Assembly: GCA_003598025.1 (NCBI GenBank)
Contig: QZKH01000002.1
Span: 206,206 to 270,205, forward strand
Reading direction: 5' to 3'
DNA from: Candidatus Omnitrophota bacterium
Lineage (GTDB): Bacteria > Omnitrophota > Gorgyraeia > Gygaellales > Profunditerraquicolaceae
DNA length: 64,000 nucleotides
The notes beneath the pieces are model-generated. The model searched no databases. It was not told the origin of the DNA and was given only the letters and a program-made list of their open reading frames with translations. This document shows, in pieces, positions 1 through 9,136 of the stretch. The translations under genes and the position numbers were made by a program. Position 1 is the stretch's first letter, and every line of letters begins with the position of its first letter.

Positions 1-525
1 TATAAAGACGGTGCATATACATTTGAAAACGCAAAAAAGACTTCCCAAGATTTAATATCTATTTATAAAAAATGGATAGAGAAATACCCTGTTGTCTCCA
101 TTGAGGACGGCCTCTCTGAACATGATTGGTCTGGCTGGAAGAATATGACCCAGGCACTCGGAAACAGGCTCCAACTGGTTGGAGATGATATTTTTGTAAC
201 TAATCCGTCTATATTCAAAAAAGGTATTGATGAAAAGATCGGAAATGCTATACTAGTTAAAGTCAATCAGATCGGTTCGCTCTCCGAGACCCTTGAGACC
301 GTCAACATGGCTAAAGAAAACAAGTATAATTCCGTAATGTCGCATCGTTCAGGGGAGACAGAAGACGTTACTATCGCGCATCTGGCGGTTTCTACCGGAT
401 GTGGCCAGATAAAAACAGGGTCTTTGTCGCGTACCGACAGGATATGCAAATATAATGAGCTTCTCAGGATAGAGCAGGAATTAGGCAGTAATGCAGTATA
501 TTTTGGTACGCTCTGGAAGAAGTAA
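1..525 (+). CDS. eno: Enolase, C-terminal part (5' end of gene lies outside the window)
   Basis: The reading frame is open from base 1 in the same frame as the listed ORF at 145. The translation [30 protein letters not shown] matches conserved enolase C-terminal motifs. Confidence 0.85.
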   Translation, partial: YKDGAYTFENAKKTSQDLISIYKKWIEKYPVVSIEDGLSEHDWSGWKNMTQALGNRLQLVGDDIFVTNPSIFKKGIDEKIGNAILVKVNQIGSLSETLETVNMAKENKYNSVMSHRSGETEDVTIAHLAVSTGCGQIKTGSLSRTDRICKYNELLRIEQELGSNAVYFGTLWKK

Positions 526-531
526 TAATGT

Positions 532-804
532 ATGTTAAAGAAAGCATTTTGGTTGTTCGGTATCGCGGTTTTGCTACTGATAATCTTTCTTCCGGGCTAC
601 ACCAAGCTTCAGGAATTAAGGGAGAGAAATAACGATCTCGAGAAAAAAATGCGGGATCTGAATATAAATAATTATTTACTTACGGAAGAACTGAAACGCG
701 TAAAAAGCGATACTCTTTATCAGGAAAATGTCGCAAGGCAAAAGATGGGGGTTGTCCGTAAGGGTGAAGTACCGATAAAAGTAATACCGGAAGAAAGTAG
801 ATAA
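532..804 (+). CDS. ftsB: Septum formation initiator (FtsB/DivIC family)
   Basis: A 90-aa protein with an N-terminal TM helix followed by a coiled-coil/leucine-zipper segment (LQELRERNNDLEKKMRDLN). It sits immediately after eno, as in many bacteria. Confidence 0.6.
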   Translation: MLKKAFWLFGIAVLLLIIFLPGYTKLQELRERNNDLEKKMRDLNINNYLLTEELKRVKSDTLYQENVARQKMGVVRKGEVPIKVIPEESR

Positions 805-810
805 AGTAAG

Positions 811-899
811 TTTGTGCATGGTTCATAGAGCGTAGTTCATGGATTTGATTAATTTATTCAGAACAGTGCTCTGTGCACGGTGAACCGTGAACTCTATAG
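811..899. repeat. Palindromic heptamer-repeat element (GTTCATR units forward, then reverse-complement units)
   Basis: Seen directly: gcatggttcatagagcgtagttcatgg ... ctctgtgcacggtgaaccgtgaactctatag. The two halves are inverted relative to each other and can form a long hairpin. Confidence 0.7.
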
Positions 900-902
900 A
901 TT

Positions 903-976
<74 letters not shown>

Positions 977-1166
977 TATTTTTAGAGTCCGTTCTCCCTC
1001 ATAGATAAAACCAACATCCGCCAGAATTATCCTTGATTTTCTTAATATATTTTTCCCTTGAATTATTGATTTGATGAAGTAAAATATAACCTGTAAGTAT
1101 TTGATCCCGGCAGTAGATAAATATTGCAGCAGGTTCATCCGGGATTCCATTCTTATGGAGGTGGGA

Positions 1167-1391
1167 ATGGAAAATATGAAATCGCCCCAGAACTGCTGGC
1201 AATATTGCTCTTGTGTTAAGGCTATTAGAGAGCGCTGTGCTGTTTATAAAGAAAAATATGGGCAGAGATGCTGGTTTCTCGCAGGATGCTCTCCTATGCA
1301 GCCTAGAGAATTCAAGAATTGCTGGGAATGCCCCTGGTATGCTGAAATATCAAAAAGAGAAAAAGTCCGAAACCGGGTCAAACAGGAATAA
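1167..1391 (+). CDS. Small Cys/Trp-rich hypothetical protein (8 Cys in 74 aa)
   Basis: There is a GGAGGTG RBS 4 nt upstream of the ATG at 1167, in frame with the listed ORF 1101..1391. Motifs CWQYCSC and CWECPWY suggest metal binding. No recognisable family. Confidence 0.35.
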   Translation: MENMKSPQNCWQYCSCVKAIRERCAVYKEKYGQRCWFLAGCSPMQPREFKNCWECPWYAEISKREKVRNRVKQE

Positions 1392-1404
1392 TATTTTTGA
1401 ATAT

Positions 1405-2130
1405 ATGACTCCTCGCGATAAATTTAATACGGGAACTGTCTTAAAGCAGCCCCCGTATTTTTTTTATCGGCAGGCCGCAATATTTTTCTTGCTGGTTTTT
1501 ATATCAGCAAATACCTGCACATATTCTTACGCCGAAACCGTGATTCTTAAATCCGGAAAACAGGTCAACGGAGACATCATTGAGAGGACAGATAAGCATA
1601 TAAAAATTGATTTTGAGGGCGTGCCGTTGGTGTATTTTGTTGATGAAATTGACAGGATCGTCCCTGAACCTTCTCCGGAGCTTTTAAAGATAGAAGGCAG
1701 CCTTGACCGTAATGCAGACATAATCCGGCCGGAAGCACAGAGCCCTGAGGAGGAAGTTCCCGCTCAGGAATACGAGAATGAGGTTAACGCAATAGTACAG
1801 GATTCAATGTCATCTATAATGAGCGAATCAAACAGTATTATGCAGGGCTCAGGCAACAAGGCCTCACTGGAAGGGGTAAAGAAAAAATCCGAGGAAGCTT
1901 ATAAAAAACTTCAGAACATGAAAGCGCCGGAAGGGGCCAGCCAGCAGCATCAGCTTTTGGCTGATACTTTCAAGCTTTCCTCTGAACTTATGAAAGCTGC
2001 AATGGATGGCGATCAGGCAAAGATAGCCGAAATAAACAGTAAATTGATGCAGCTTAGGCAAGAGATTACGTCACAGGCCGCGACAAGTAATGTACCGGAT
2101 AGAAACAGTAACACCGGAAATAAAAAATAA
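1405..2130 (+). CDS. Secreted hypothetical protein (signal peptide, C-terminal Q/K-rich coiled-coil)
   Basis: An internal Met at 1405 precedes a hydrophobic signal-like segment (AAIFFLLVFISANTCTYSYA). The listed ORF starts further upstream at 1213. Confidence 0.45.
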   Translation: MTPRDKFNTGTVLKQPPYFFYRQAAIFFLLVFISANTCTYSYAETVILKSGKQVNGDIIERTDKHIKIDFEGVPLVYFVDEIDRIVPEPSPELLKIEGSLDRNADIIRPEAQSPEEEVPAQEYENEVNAIVQDSMSSIMSESNSIMQGSGNKASLEGVKKKSEEAYKKLQNMKAPEGASQQHQLLADTFKLSSELMKAAMDGDQAKIAEINSKLMQLRQEITSQAATSNVPDRNSNTGNKK

Positions 2131-2169
2131 TTTTTTAATTCTATTGTGGAGAGATATTCTTTGGAGATA

Positions 2170-2580
2170 ATGGAAAGTAAACAGATAAGGATTTCTTTGA
2201 TATCACTGCTTTCGTTGATATTTTTTGGCTATAGTTTCTTGTTTTTTACTTTCTTTTTCCCTTTGAGAAGCTACCCCTGGTTTATCACTCTTAAATATTT
2301 GTTTTGTACTATTGTCAGCCTGCTAGGATTGATCGCTTCGATCTTTGTGTTTGACAATAAGAAATGGGCGCTGAAAATGATACTTGGCTCCTGTCTGGTT
2401 TTTCTCGGGTTTTGGCTTATCACGGATATCGGCCAGTTTATTGCCCTGGAGTCTTTGTTAAAGAGCCCGATAGCCAGGCTTTCGATAGTCCTGAATGAAA
2501 GAAAAGTAATCGTATATATATTTTGGTTACTACTTGCCTGGTTCTTATCTCTGCCTAAAATACGGGATGAATTCAAATAG
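2170..2580 (+). CDS. Hypothetical integral membrane protein (about 4 TM)
   Basis: The sequence is hydrophobic throughout. A GGAG RBS precedes the ATG at 2170, and the listed ORF starts at 2146. Confidence 0.4.
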   Translation: MESKQIRISLISLLSLIFFGYSFLFFTFFFPLRSYPWFITLKYLFCTIVSLLGLIASIFVFDNKKWALKMILGSCLVFLGFWLITDIGQFIALESLLKSPIARLSIVLNERKVIVYIFWLLLAWFLSLPKIRDEFK

Positions 2581-2582
2581 TG

Positions 2583-2661
2583 CATAGAGATGAGTTCATG
2601 GTTGATGGTTCGTGGACATATGAATATTTCTATGAACCATGAACTATGAACAATGAACTAA
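2583..2661. repeat. Palindromic heptamer-repeat element
   Basis: Forward units gagttcatggttgatggttcgtgg are followed by reverse units ctatgaaccatgaactatgaacaatgaactaat. One more ggttcatgg copy lies at about 2684. Confidence 0.7.
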
Positions 2662-2833
2662 TATAATCCCCTTGACAATTTCTGGTTCATGGATAATATA
2701 TAAATGATTGGTAAGGTAGAAAAAATTTATAGCAGCAAAACGTCTTCATAACATTTTATTTACAAACCTGCCTTATCAAGCCACCATAATTAACAAATAA
2801 TTACAGCAAAAATATTTCTTTAGGAGAATTTCT

Positions 2834-3088
2834 ATGGATGCGATTCTTTTCCTCAGGCTTCTGGATGACGAACGTGTTGCCCGGGAGATTGACAGGTACA
2901 AATGGATAGAGAGTGAAAGGCTAAAAAAGGATATAGGCAGGGAAAGGGCAGCTATGGAATGGATCAAGGCCTACGGCATGATTTGGCTTAAAATACACAA
3001 GCCAAATGACTATAGCTTTCTTATAGGCCGGGGAAAAACCGGTTATTTAGATAGCAGTCAAGCTAAACCTTTGACTGCGAAGATATAA
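2834..3088 (+). CDS. Small hypothetical protein (84 aa)
   Basis: The ORF is preceded by an AT-rich region containing TTGACA at about 2672. The sequence is charged and not hydrophobic. Family not recognised. Confidence 0.35.
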   Translation: MDAILFLRLLDDERVAREIDRYKWIESERLKKDIGRERAAMEWIKAYGMIWLKIHKPNDYSFLIGRGKTGYLDSSQAKPLTAKI

Positions 3089-3211
3089 TAAGATTGCTTG
3101 CAGCATTATTGAAGGTCACCCGGGTTAAAATTAGCGTTTTTTGGCTGGCTGACAAGTTTATATACCTCTTTTAGTTAGGCAAAATCAGCATTTATAGCTA
3201 TAGAAATTGAT

Positions 3212-3239
3212 TTGCCAAAGATTTAAATTCTGATATAAT
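3212..3239 (+). promoter_or_regulatory. Sigma70-like promoter of the pur operon (TTGCCA-N16-TATAAT)
   Basis: TTGCCA at 3212-3217 and TATAAT at 3234-3239 are separated by a 16-nt spacer. A GGAGGA RBS follows at 3250-3255. Confidence 0.35.
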
Positions 3240-3260
3240 AATTGCCTGCGGAGGATGCCT

Positions 3261-4553
3261 ATGATTGAGCGTTATTGTCTGCCCCAAATGGGAAAAATAT
3301 GGCAGGAGGATTTTAAGTTCAGGACGATGCTTGCCATAGAAATATTTGCCTTAGAATACCTTGCCTCTAAAAAAGCGGTCCCGCTTGACTCTCTAAAAAG
3401 AATAAAGAAAAAAGCAAAATTTGATATTAAACAGATAAAGAAAATAGAAGAAAAAACCCAGCACGATGTCGTTGCTTTTGTCAATTGCGTCGGAAGTTAT
3501 ATCGGGAAAGACGCAAAATACCTGCATATGGGGCTTACGTCTTCAGATGTGCTTGATACTACTTTAGGGGTACAACTTAAGAGTGCTTCTGATATTATAG
3601 TCGGCGGACTTAACAGGGTGCTTTTTGTGCTTTCCAGAAAAGCCTTGAAATATAAAGATATGGTTTGCATAGGCAGGACCCACGGTATACATGCTGAACC
3701 GACGACATTCGGCCTTAAGCTGGCGCTATGGTATGACGAAACCAAGCGTAATATAGAAAGAATGCGTTCCGCAAAAGAAGCAGTATCAACCGGAAAGATA
3801 TCCGGAGCTGTGGGTACATATGCCAATATAGACCCGCAGGCAGAAGCTTATATCTGCAGGAAGCTCGGGCTCAGGCCGGCTAAGATTTCTACACAGATAA
3901 TCCAGAGGGATATTTATGCCGAGTATATGTGCACATTGGCTATAATCGGAGCTTCTTTAGAAAAATTCGCCACTGAGATAAGGCATCTTCAGCGTACGGA
4001 AGTCCTGGAAGCAGAAGAGCCTTTTGGAAAAGGCCAGAAGGGGTCTTCTGCTATGCCGCATAAGAGAAACCCTGTTATTTGTGAACGTATATGCGGTCTC
4101 AGCCGTTTATTGAGAGGTAATGCGTTAGTTGCGCTTGAGAATGTGTCATTGTGGCATGAGCGCGATATCAGCCATTCTTCGGCAGAAAGGGTTATATTTG
4201 CCGATTCTACCCTGGCGTTGGATTACATGCTCCATAAATTCATAGAAGTAATCGATGGGCTCGTTGTGCATCCTGATAATATGCTGGCGAATATGGCTAA
4301 GACCAAGGGCCTGATATTTTCTCAAAGGGTGCTTTTAGCGCTTATGGCTAAGGGTCTTGCGCGCAGCCAGGCTTATGATATAGTGCAGAGGTGCGCGATG
4401 AAGACCTGGAAGGGCCAAAAGAGTTTCAGGGATAACTTACTTCAAGACAGCCAGCTCCTGAAACATCTCAACCCCAAAGAATTAGATAAGATATTTGACT
4501 TGGATTATTACCTCCGGCATGTTGATAAGATCTTCCATAATGTCGGGCTGTAA
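3261..4553 (+). CDS. purB: Adenylosuccinate lyase
   Basis: The fumarate-lyase signature GSSAMPHKRNP is present and overall PurB similarity is clear. ATG 3261 has better RBS spacing than the listed 3255. Confidence 0.9.
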   Translation: MIERYCLPQMGKIWQEDFKFRTMLAIEIFALEYLASKKAVPLDSLKRIKKKAKFDIKQIKKIEEKTQHDVVAFVNCVGSYIGKDAKYLHMGLTSSDVLDTTLGVQLKSASDIIVGGLNRVLFVLSRKALKYKDMVCIGRTHGIHAEPTTFGLKLALWYDETKRNIERMRSAKEAVSTGKISGAVGTYANIDPQAEAYICRKLGLRPAKISTQIIQRDIYAEYMCTLAIIGASLEKFATEIRHLQRTEVLEAEEPFGKGQKGSSAMPHKRNPVICERICGLSRLLRGNALVALENVSLWHERDISHSSAERVIFADSTLALDYMLHKFIEVIDGLVVHPDNMLANMAKTKGLIFSQRVLLALMAKGLARSQAYDIVQRCAMKTWKGQKSFRDNLLQDSQLLKHLNPKELDKIFDLDYYLRHVDKIFHNVGL

Positions 4554-4747
4554 TAATATATACAATATTGTTAATGCTTTACCCTGCCAGAAATAATAAG
4601 CGGTACCATTGAGCAGAAATTAAAAGCAGAGCAGGAAGTTGAGAGGGTGTCGTTTGTCCTTAGAATAAACCACTCTTTGGGAAATAAATAATACATTATT
4701 TTGCCTTTTAAAACTAATTTTTTCCTGCCTAATTTTACGGAGTTTTC

Positions 4748-7651
4748 ATGTCTTGGAAAATTGAAATAAAAGATAAAGCCGAGGTATTTGATGCAATCGG
4801 AGAGGGTATTAAGCGGGATATCTTTGACCTGGGTATTTACGACGTTGAAGATGTAAAGTTTATACAGATATATATAATAAAGGACAGCATTACCCCTGAT
4901 GATGTAAAGAAAATATGCGAGGAAGTCCTTTTAGACAGCGTTTCACAAGAGTACTCTTTTTCAAAAACCAGCCAAATAAACAATAGTTTCGGCAATAATA
5001 CCCACGTAGTCGAAGTAGCCTATAATCCGGGAGTTATGGACCCGGTTGAAGAGTCCAGCCTTAAAGCAATCAGGGACATAGGAATATCCGCGGTAACTTC
5101 CATAAAAACAGCTAAAAAATATATCATCAAAGGCAGGCTTAATAACCATCAGCTGAAAATAATCTGTGATAAATTATTATACAATAAGCTTATACAGCAT
5201 ATAGTCCCGCGCATGGCAGAAGACAAAATCCCGGCGGAAGTAAAATATCAATTCAGATTAGTTACTGTCGGGTTGCTAAAAGCCGGTGATAAGAAATTAA
5301 TGCAGCTTAGTAAAAGCGGGCAATTGTTTCTTAATATAAATGAGATGCGCGCAATTAAGGATTACTTCAGGAAGCTTAAACGCGATCCTACGGATTGTGA
5401 GCTGGAGACCATAGCCCAGACCTGGTCAGAGCATTGCTGGCATAAAACGTTCAGGGGTAAGATAGATTATAAACAGTCAACTGTGAACGGTGCACTGTGC
5501 ACTAAAAAGATTGATAATCTCCTTAAATCAACGATAATGAAGGTCACCAAAGAGCTTAATAAGCCCTGGTGCGTATCGGTATTCAAGGATAACTCAGGTG
5601 TCATAAAGTTTGATGACGATTACAACATTTGTTTTAAAGTAGAGACCCATAACCATCCTTCAGCACTTGAGCCTTTCGGAGGGGCAAATACCGGTGTGGG
5701 CGGGGTAATCCGTGACCCGTTAGGCACCGGTATGGGCGCAAAACCTATCCTTAATACCGACGTTTTTTGTTTTGCCAGCCCGGATTATCCTTTCAGTAAA
5801 TTACCGGCAGGTACGTTGCATCCGAAAAGAGTGATGAAGGGGGTTGTTTCAGGAGTCAGGGATTATGGTAACAAAATGGGGATCCCCACTGTTAACGGCG
5901 CCATCCTTTTTCATGACAGATTTGTGGGCAATCCATTAGTTTATTGCGGCACCGTCGGAATAATGCCTAAAGACAAAGCATTTAAAAACCCGAGGAAGGG
6001 GGATTTAATCGTTGTAGTCGGCGGCAGGACGGGAAGAGACGGCATACACGGTGCGACATTCTCTTCCGGCGAGCTTACCCATGAGTCTGAAACAATATCA
6101 AGCGGGGCAGTCCAGATCGGTAATCCCATACAGGAAAAAAAGATGGTTGATACTATCCTTAAAGCAAGGGATAGGGGTTTGTATAGCGCGATAACTGATT
6201 GCGGAGCTGGCGGGCTATCCAGTGCGGTCGGGGAAATGGGCCAAGACCTGGGAGCGGTTGTATATTTGGATAAAGTCCCGCTTAAATATAGCGGCCTCTC
6301 TTATATGGAGATATGGATCTCGGAGTCGCAGGAAAGAATGGTCCTTTCGGTGCCGAAAGAGAATATAGCAGAATTGATAGATGTTTTTACTAAGGAGAAT
6401 GTGGAAGCAGCAGTTATCGGAGAGTTCCCGGGTGATGATAAATTAAGGCTTTATTATAACGATAAGAAAGTCTGTGAATTGGAAATGGGTTTTCTGCATG
6501 AAGGGCTGCCTAAAATAGAAAAGAAAGCCGTATTTAAACAGCATATTTACAGGGAACCGAAGCTTCGCTGTCCAAAGGATGTGACTAAAACTTTAAAACA
6601 GCTTCTTTCTCATTATGATATCTGTTCCAAGGAGTGGGTTATAAGGCAATATGACCATGAAGTCCAGGGGGGGTCTGTTGTTAAGCCTCTTATAGGCAAG
6701 TTTAACGACGGCCCGGCTGATGCTTCAGTAAACAGGCCTTTATTAAATTCAAACAGGGGCATTATTTTATCTAACGGGATCAATTTCAGGTTCGGCCTAA
6801 TCGACCCTTACTGGATGGCTGCTTCATGCATTGACGAGGCATTAAGGCAGATAATCGCAGTCGGCGGATCACTTGGGAGGGTCGCATTATTAGATAATTT
6901 TTGCTGGGGCAATCCTGATAAGCCTGATAGGCTTGGAGGTTTAGTGCGCGCTGCTTTAGGATGTTATGATATTGCAAAAGGTTTTGGCCTGCCTTTTATA
7001 TCGGGTAAAGACAGCCTGTATAACGAATTCACGGTCAATAAAAGATCCATCTCTATCCCGGGTACTTTACTGATTTCTGCCATTGCAGTCATGCAGGATG
7101 TATCAAAAGCCGTTTCGATGTACCTTAAGAAGCCGGGCAACCTCGTGTATATCGTAGGAGAAACTTTTAATGAGTTGGGAGGGTCACATTACTATGATAT
7201 TCTTGGTTATGTAGGCAATACCGTACCGAAGGTAGATGTTATTAAGGCAAAGAAAACATTTGTCGCTTTAAGTAAAGCTGCCTCTAGCGGCCTGGTAGAA
7301 TCTATCCATGATTGTTCTGACGGAGGCTTAGCCGTGAGTTGCGCCGAGATGTCTTTTGCTGGGAACCTTGGCATGAGAGTTTTCTTATCCGAGGCGCCGT
7401 TTAATAACAGCAAGGCAAGGCTTAGTAATGATTGTGTGCTTTTTTCCGAATCTAATTCCAGATTTATAGTAGAAGTGAGCCGCGAAAACCAAAAAGCTTT
7501 TGAAAAAACGCTTAAAGGCATTGTTTACGGCTTAATCGGATGCGTAACTAAAGAGGGTATATTGGAAGTCCATGGTTTAGACGGTAAAACATGTATCAGG
7601 GCATCTGTAGATGAGCTTAAGACGGCCTGGAAGGAGCCTTTGCAATGGTGA
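4748..7651 (+). CDS. purL: Phosphoribosylformylglycinamidine synthase, PurS-PurL fusion
   Basis: An N-terminal PurS-like segment of about 80 aa is followed by the PurL motif HNHPSALEPFGGANTGVGGVIRD and duplicated AIRS domains, for 967 aa in total. A separate purQ lies downstream. Confidence 0.9.
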   Translation: MSWKIEIKDKAEVFDAIGEGIKRDIFDLGIYDVEDVKFIQIYIIKDSITPDDVKKICEEVLLDSVSQEYSFSKTSQINNSFGNNTHVVEVAYNPGVMDPVEESSLKAIRDIGISAVTSIKTAKKYIIKGRLNNHQLKIICDKLLYNKLIQHIVPRMAEDKIPAEVKYQFRLVTVGLLKAGDKKLMQLSKSGQLFLNINEMRAIKDYFRKLKRDPTDCELETIAQTWSEHCWHKTFRGKIDYKQSTVNGALCTKKIDNLLKSTIMKVTKELNKPWCVSVFKDNSGVIKFDDDYNICFKVETHNHPSALEPFGGANTGVGGVIRDPLGTGMGAKPILNTDVFCFASPDYPFSKLPAGTLHPKRVMKGVVSGVRDYGNKMGIPTVNGAILFHDRFVGNPLVYCGTVGIMPKDKAFKNPRKGDLIVVVGGRTGRDGIHGATFSSGELTHESETISSGAVQIGNPIQEKKMVDTILKARDRGLYSAITDCGAGGLSSAVGEMGQDLGAVVYLDKVPLKYSGLSYMEIWISESQERMVLSVPKENIAELIDVFTKENVEAAVIGEFPGDDKLRLYYNDKKVCELEMGFLHEGLPKIEKKAVFKQHIYREPKLRCPKDVTKTLKQLLSHYDICSKEWVIRQYDHEVQGGSVVKPLIGKFNDGPADASVNRPLLNSNRGIILSNGINFRFGLIDPYWMAASCIDEALRQIIAVGGSLGRVALLDNFCWGNPDKPDRLGGLVRAALGCYDIAKGFGLPFISGKDSLYNEFTVNKRSISIPGTLLISAIAVMQDVSKAVSMYLKKPGNLVYIVGETFNELGGSHYYDILGYVGNTVPKVDVIKAKKTFVALSKAASSGLVESIHDCSDGGLAVSCAEMSFAGNLGMRVFLSEAPFNNSKARLSNDCVLFSESNSRFIVEVSRENQKAFEKTLKGIVYGLIGCVTKEGILEVHGLDGKTCIRASVDELKTAWKEPLQW

Positions 7652-8325
7652 AAAATACTAAGCGCAAGAAAGACGAGCTATTGGATGATTCAGATGATTT
7701 TGTAAGGCAGGATACTTGGCGGGTGTTCCGTATAATGTCGGAATTCGTCGAAGGTTTTGAAGTATTATCCAAACTGGGAGAAGCTGTTTCGATATTCGGC
7801 TCAAGCAGGACAAAACCGGATAATAAACACTACAAATTGGCCGAGGAAGTCGCCTATCTTTTGGCAAAAGAAGGTTATGCTGTTATTACCGGCAGCGGCC
7901 CCGGGCTTATGGAAGCTGCCAACAAAGGGGCAAAGAGGGCATGCGGGTGTTCTGTGGGCTTAAATATTCAGATACCCAGCGAGCAAAAAGCAAATAAATA
8001 TGTAGATACGCTTCTTGATTTTCATTATTTTTTTGTCAGAAAAGTGATGTTTGTTAAATATGCCAAAGCTTTTGTAATACTCCCCGGAGGTTACGGGACG
8101 CTGGATGAGTTCACCGAGGCCATTAATCTTATTCAGACCAAGAGGATATCCAAATTCCCCGTAGTCTTATTCGGCTCGGAATATTGGAAGGGCCTTCTGG
8201 ATTGGCTTAAAAGCACTGTTTTAGCAAACGGTAACATAAGCAAAGAGGACCTGGATATTTTTGTTGTTGTGGATAAGCCCAAAGAAGTAGTCGATGCCAT
8301 AAGGAAGTTTTATGCAAAAGCCTAA
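7645..8325 (+). CDS. LOG family protein (cytokinin riboside 5'-monophosphate phosphoribohydrolase / lysine-decarboxylase-like)
   Basis: Motifs FGSSRT, TGSGPGLMEAANKGA and PGGYGTLDE are present. It overlaps the end of purL by 7 nt and the start of purQ by 14 nt. Confidence 0.8.
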   Translation: MVKNTKRKKDELLDDSDDFVRQDTWRVFRIMSEFVEGFEVLSKLGEAVSIFGSSRTKPDNKHYKLAEEVAYLLAKEGYAVITGSGPGLMEAANKGAKRACGCSVGLNIQIPSEQKANKYVDTLLDFHYFFVRKVMFVKYAKAFVILPGGYGTLDEFTEAINLIQTKRISKFPVVLFGSEYWKGLLDWLKSTVLANGNISKEDLDIFVVVDKPKEVVDAIRKFYAKA

Positions 8326-9136
8326 AGTCTGCGTATTAAGAAGCGCAGGTACCAACTGTGATTTAGAAACCGCTGCTGCTTTTGGAAAAGCAGGCGCTGT
8401 ATGTGAATTAGTGCATATAAACGAGCTTATAGCAGGCAGCAGGAGCCTGCATAGTTTTCAGATATTGGCTATACCCGGCGGATTTACTTACGGTGATGAC
8501 CTGGGCGCAGGCAGGGTTTTTGCCAATGAGCTGAGGTTTAAACTGCGCAAGGATATAGAGAATTTTATCTCAGAAGGAAAGGTCATAATAGGCATATGCA
8601 ATGGTTTCCAGATATTAGTAAAAAGCGGGTTATTGGCAGGCGCTAAAGACTTTAAACAGCAGGCAAGCCTGATAATTAACGATAGCGCAAAATTTGAGGA
8701 TAGGTGGGTTTATTTAAAGCCGTCAGCTATCAGCCGTCAGCTATCAGCTAAATGCGTGTGGACGCGTAATTTACCTGACAAGATTTATCTGCCGGTTGCC
8801 CACGGGGAAGGGAAATTCATAACCAGAGACAAAAATGTGCTTGATAACCTTTTTAAGAGCGGGCAGGTTGTTCTGCAATATTGCGATGAAGATACGCAGT
8901 TGGCAGACTATCCTTATAATCCGAACGGTTCAATAGAGAATATCGCCGGTATATGCGATGAAACGGGAAGGATCTTCGGGCTTATGCCGCATCCGGAGCG
9001 CCATATTGATCTATTGCAGCATCCAAGGTCATGGACTGAAAATGCAGCAGGAGTAAAAGAAGGCGATGGTTTGCAGATATTCAGAAACGGTGTTGAATAT
9101 ATAATAAATGAGCTTAGAAAGGGGAAATTTGAATGA
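8312..9136 (+). CDS. purQ: Phosphoribosylformylglycinamidine synthase, glutaminase subunit
   Basis: The type-1 GATase nucleophile elbow GICNGFQ and the C-terminal motif PVAHGEGKF are present. An in-frame tandem-repeat insertion is noted separately. Confidence 0.85.
   Translation: MQKPKVCVLRSAGTNCDLETAAAFGKAGAVCELVHINELIAGSRSLHSFQILAIPGGFTYGDDLGAGRVFANELRFKLRKDIENFISEGKVIIGICNGFQILVKSGLLAGAKDFKQQASLIINDSAKFEDRWVYLKPSAISRQLSAKCVWTRNLPDKIYLPVAHGEGKFITRDKNVLDNLFKSGQVVLQYCDEDTQLADYPYNPNGSIENIAGICDETGRIFGLMPHPERHIDLLQHPRSWTENAAGVKEGDGLQIFRNGVEYIINELRKGKFE
8720..8747 (+). repeat. Exact 14-bp tandem duplication (ccgtcagctatcag x2; four cagcYNN heptamers) inside purQ coding sequence
   Basis: Seen directly. 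It encodes PSAISRQLSA between conserved PurQ blocks, and the frame is preserved downstream. Confidence 0.7.

Noticed and set aside
3089-3254. Purine or ZTP riboswitch upstream of purB/pur operon
   Set aside because: Neither the purine-riboswitch core nor the ZTP pfl-motif pseudoknot sequence (CCGACCGCCUGGGC-like) could be found by eye. Only a promoter-like TTGCCA-N16-TATAAT was seen.
8720-8747. purQ frameshift or pseudogene caused by the 14-bp tandem duplication
   Set aside because: The reading frame continues through the conserved PVAHGEGKF block to a normal C-terminus, so the net insertion is in-frame. The gene is treated as intact.
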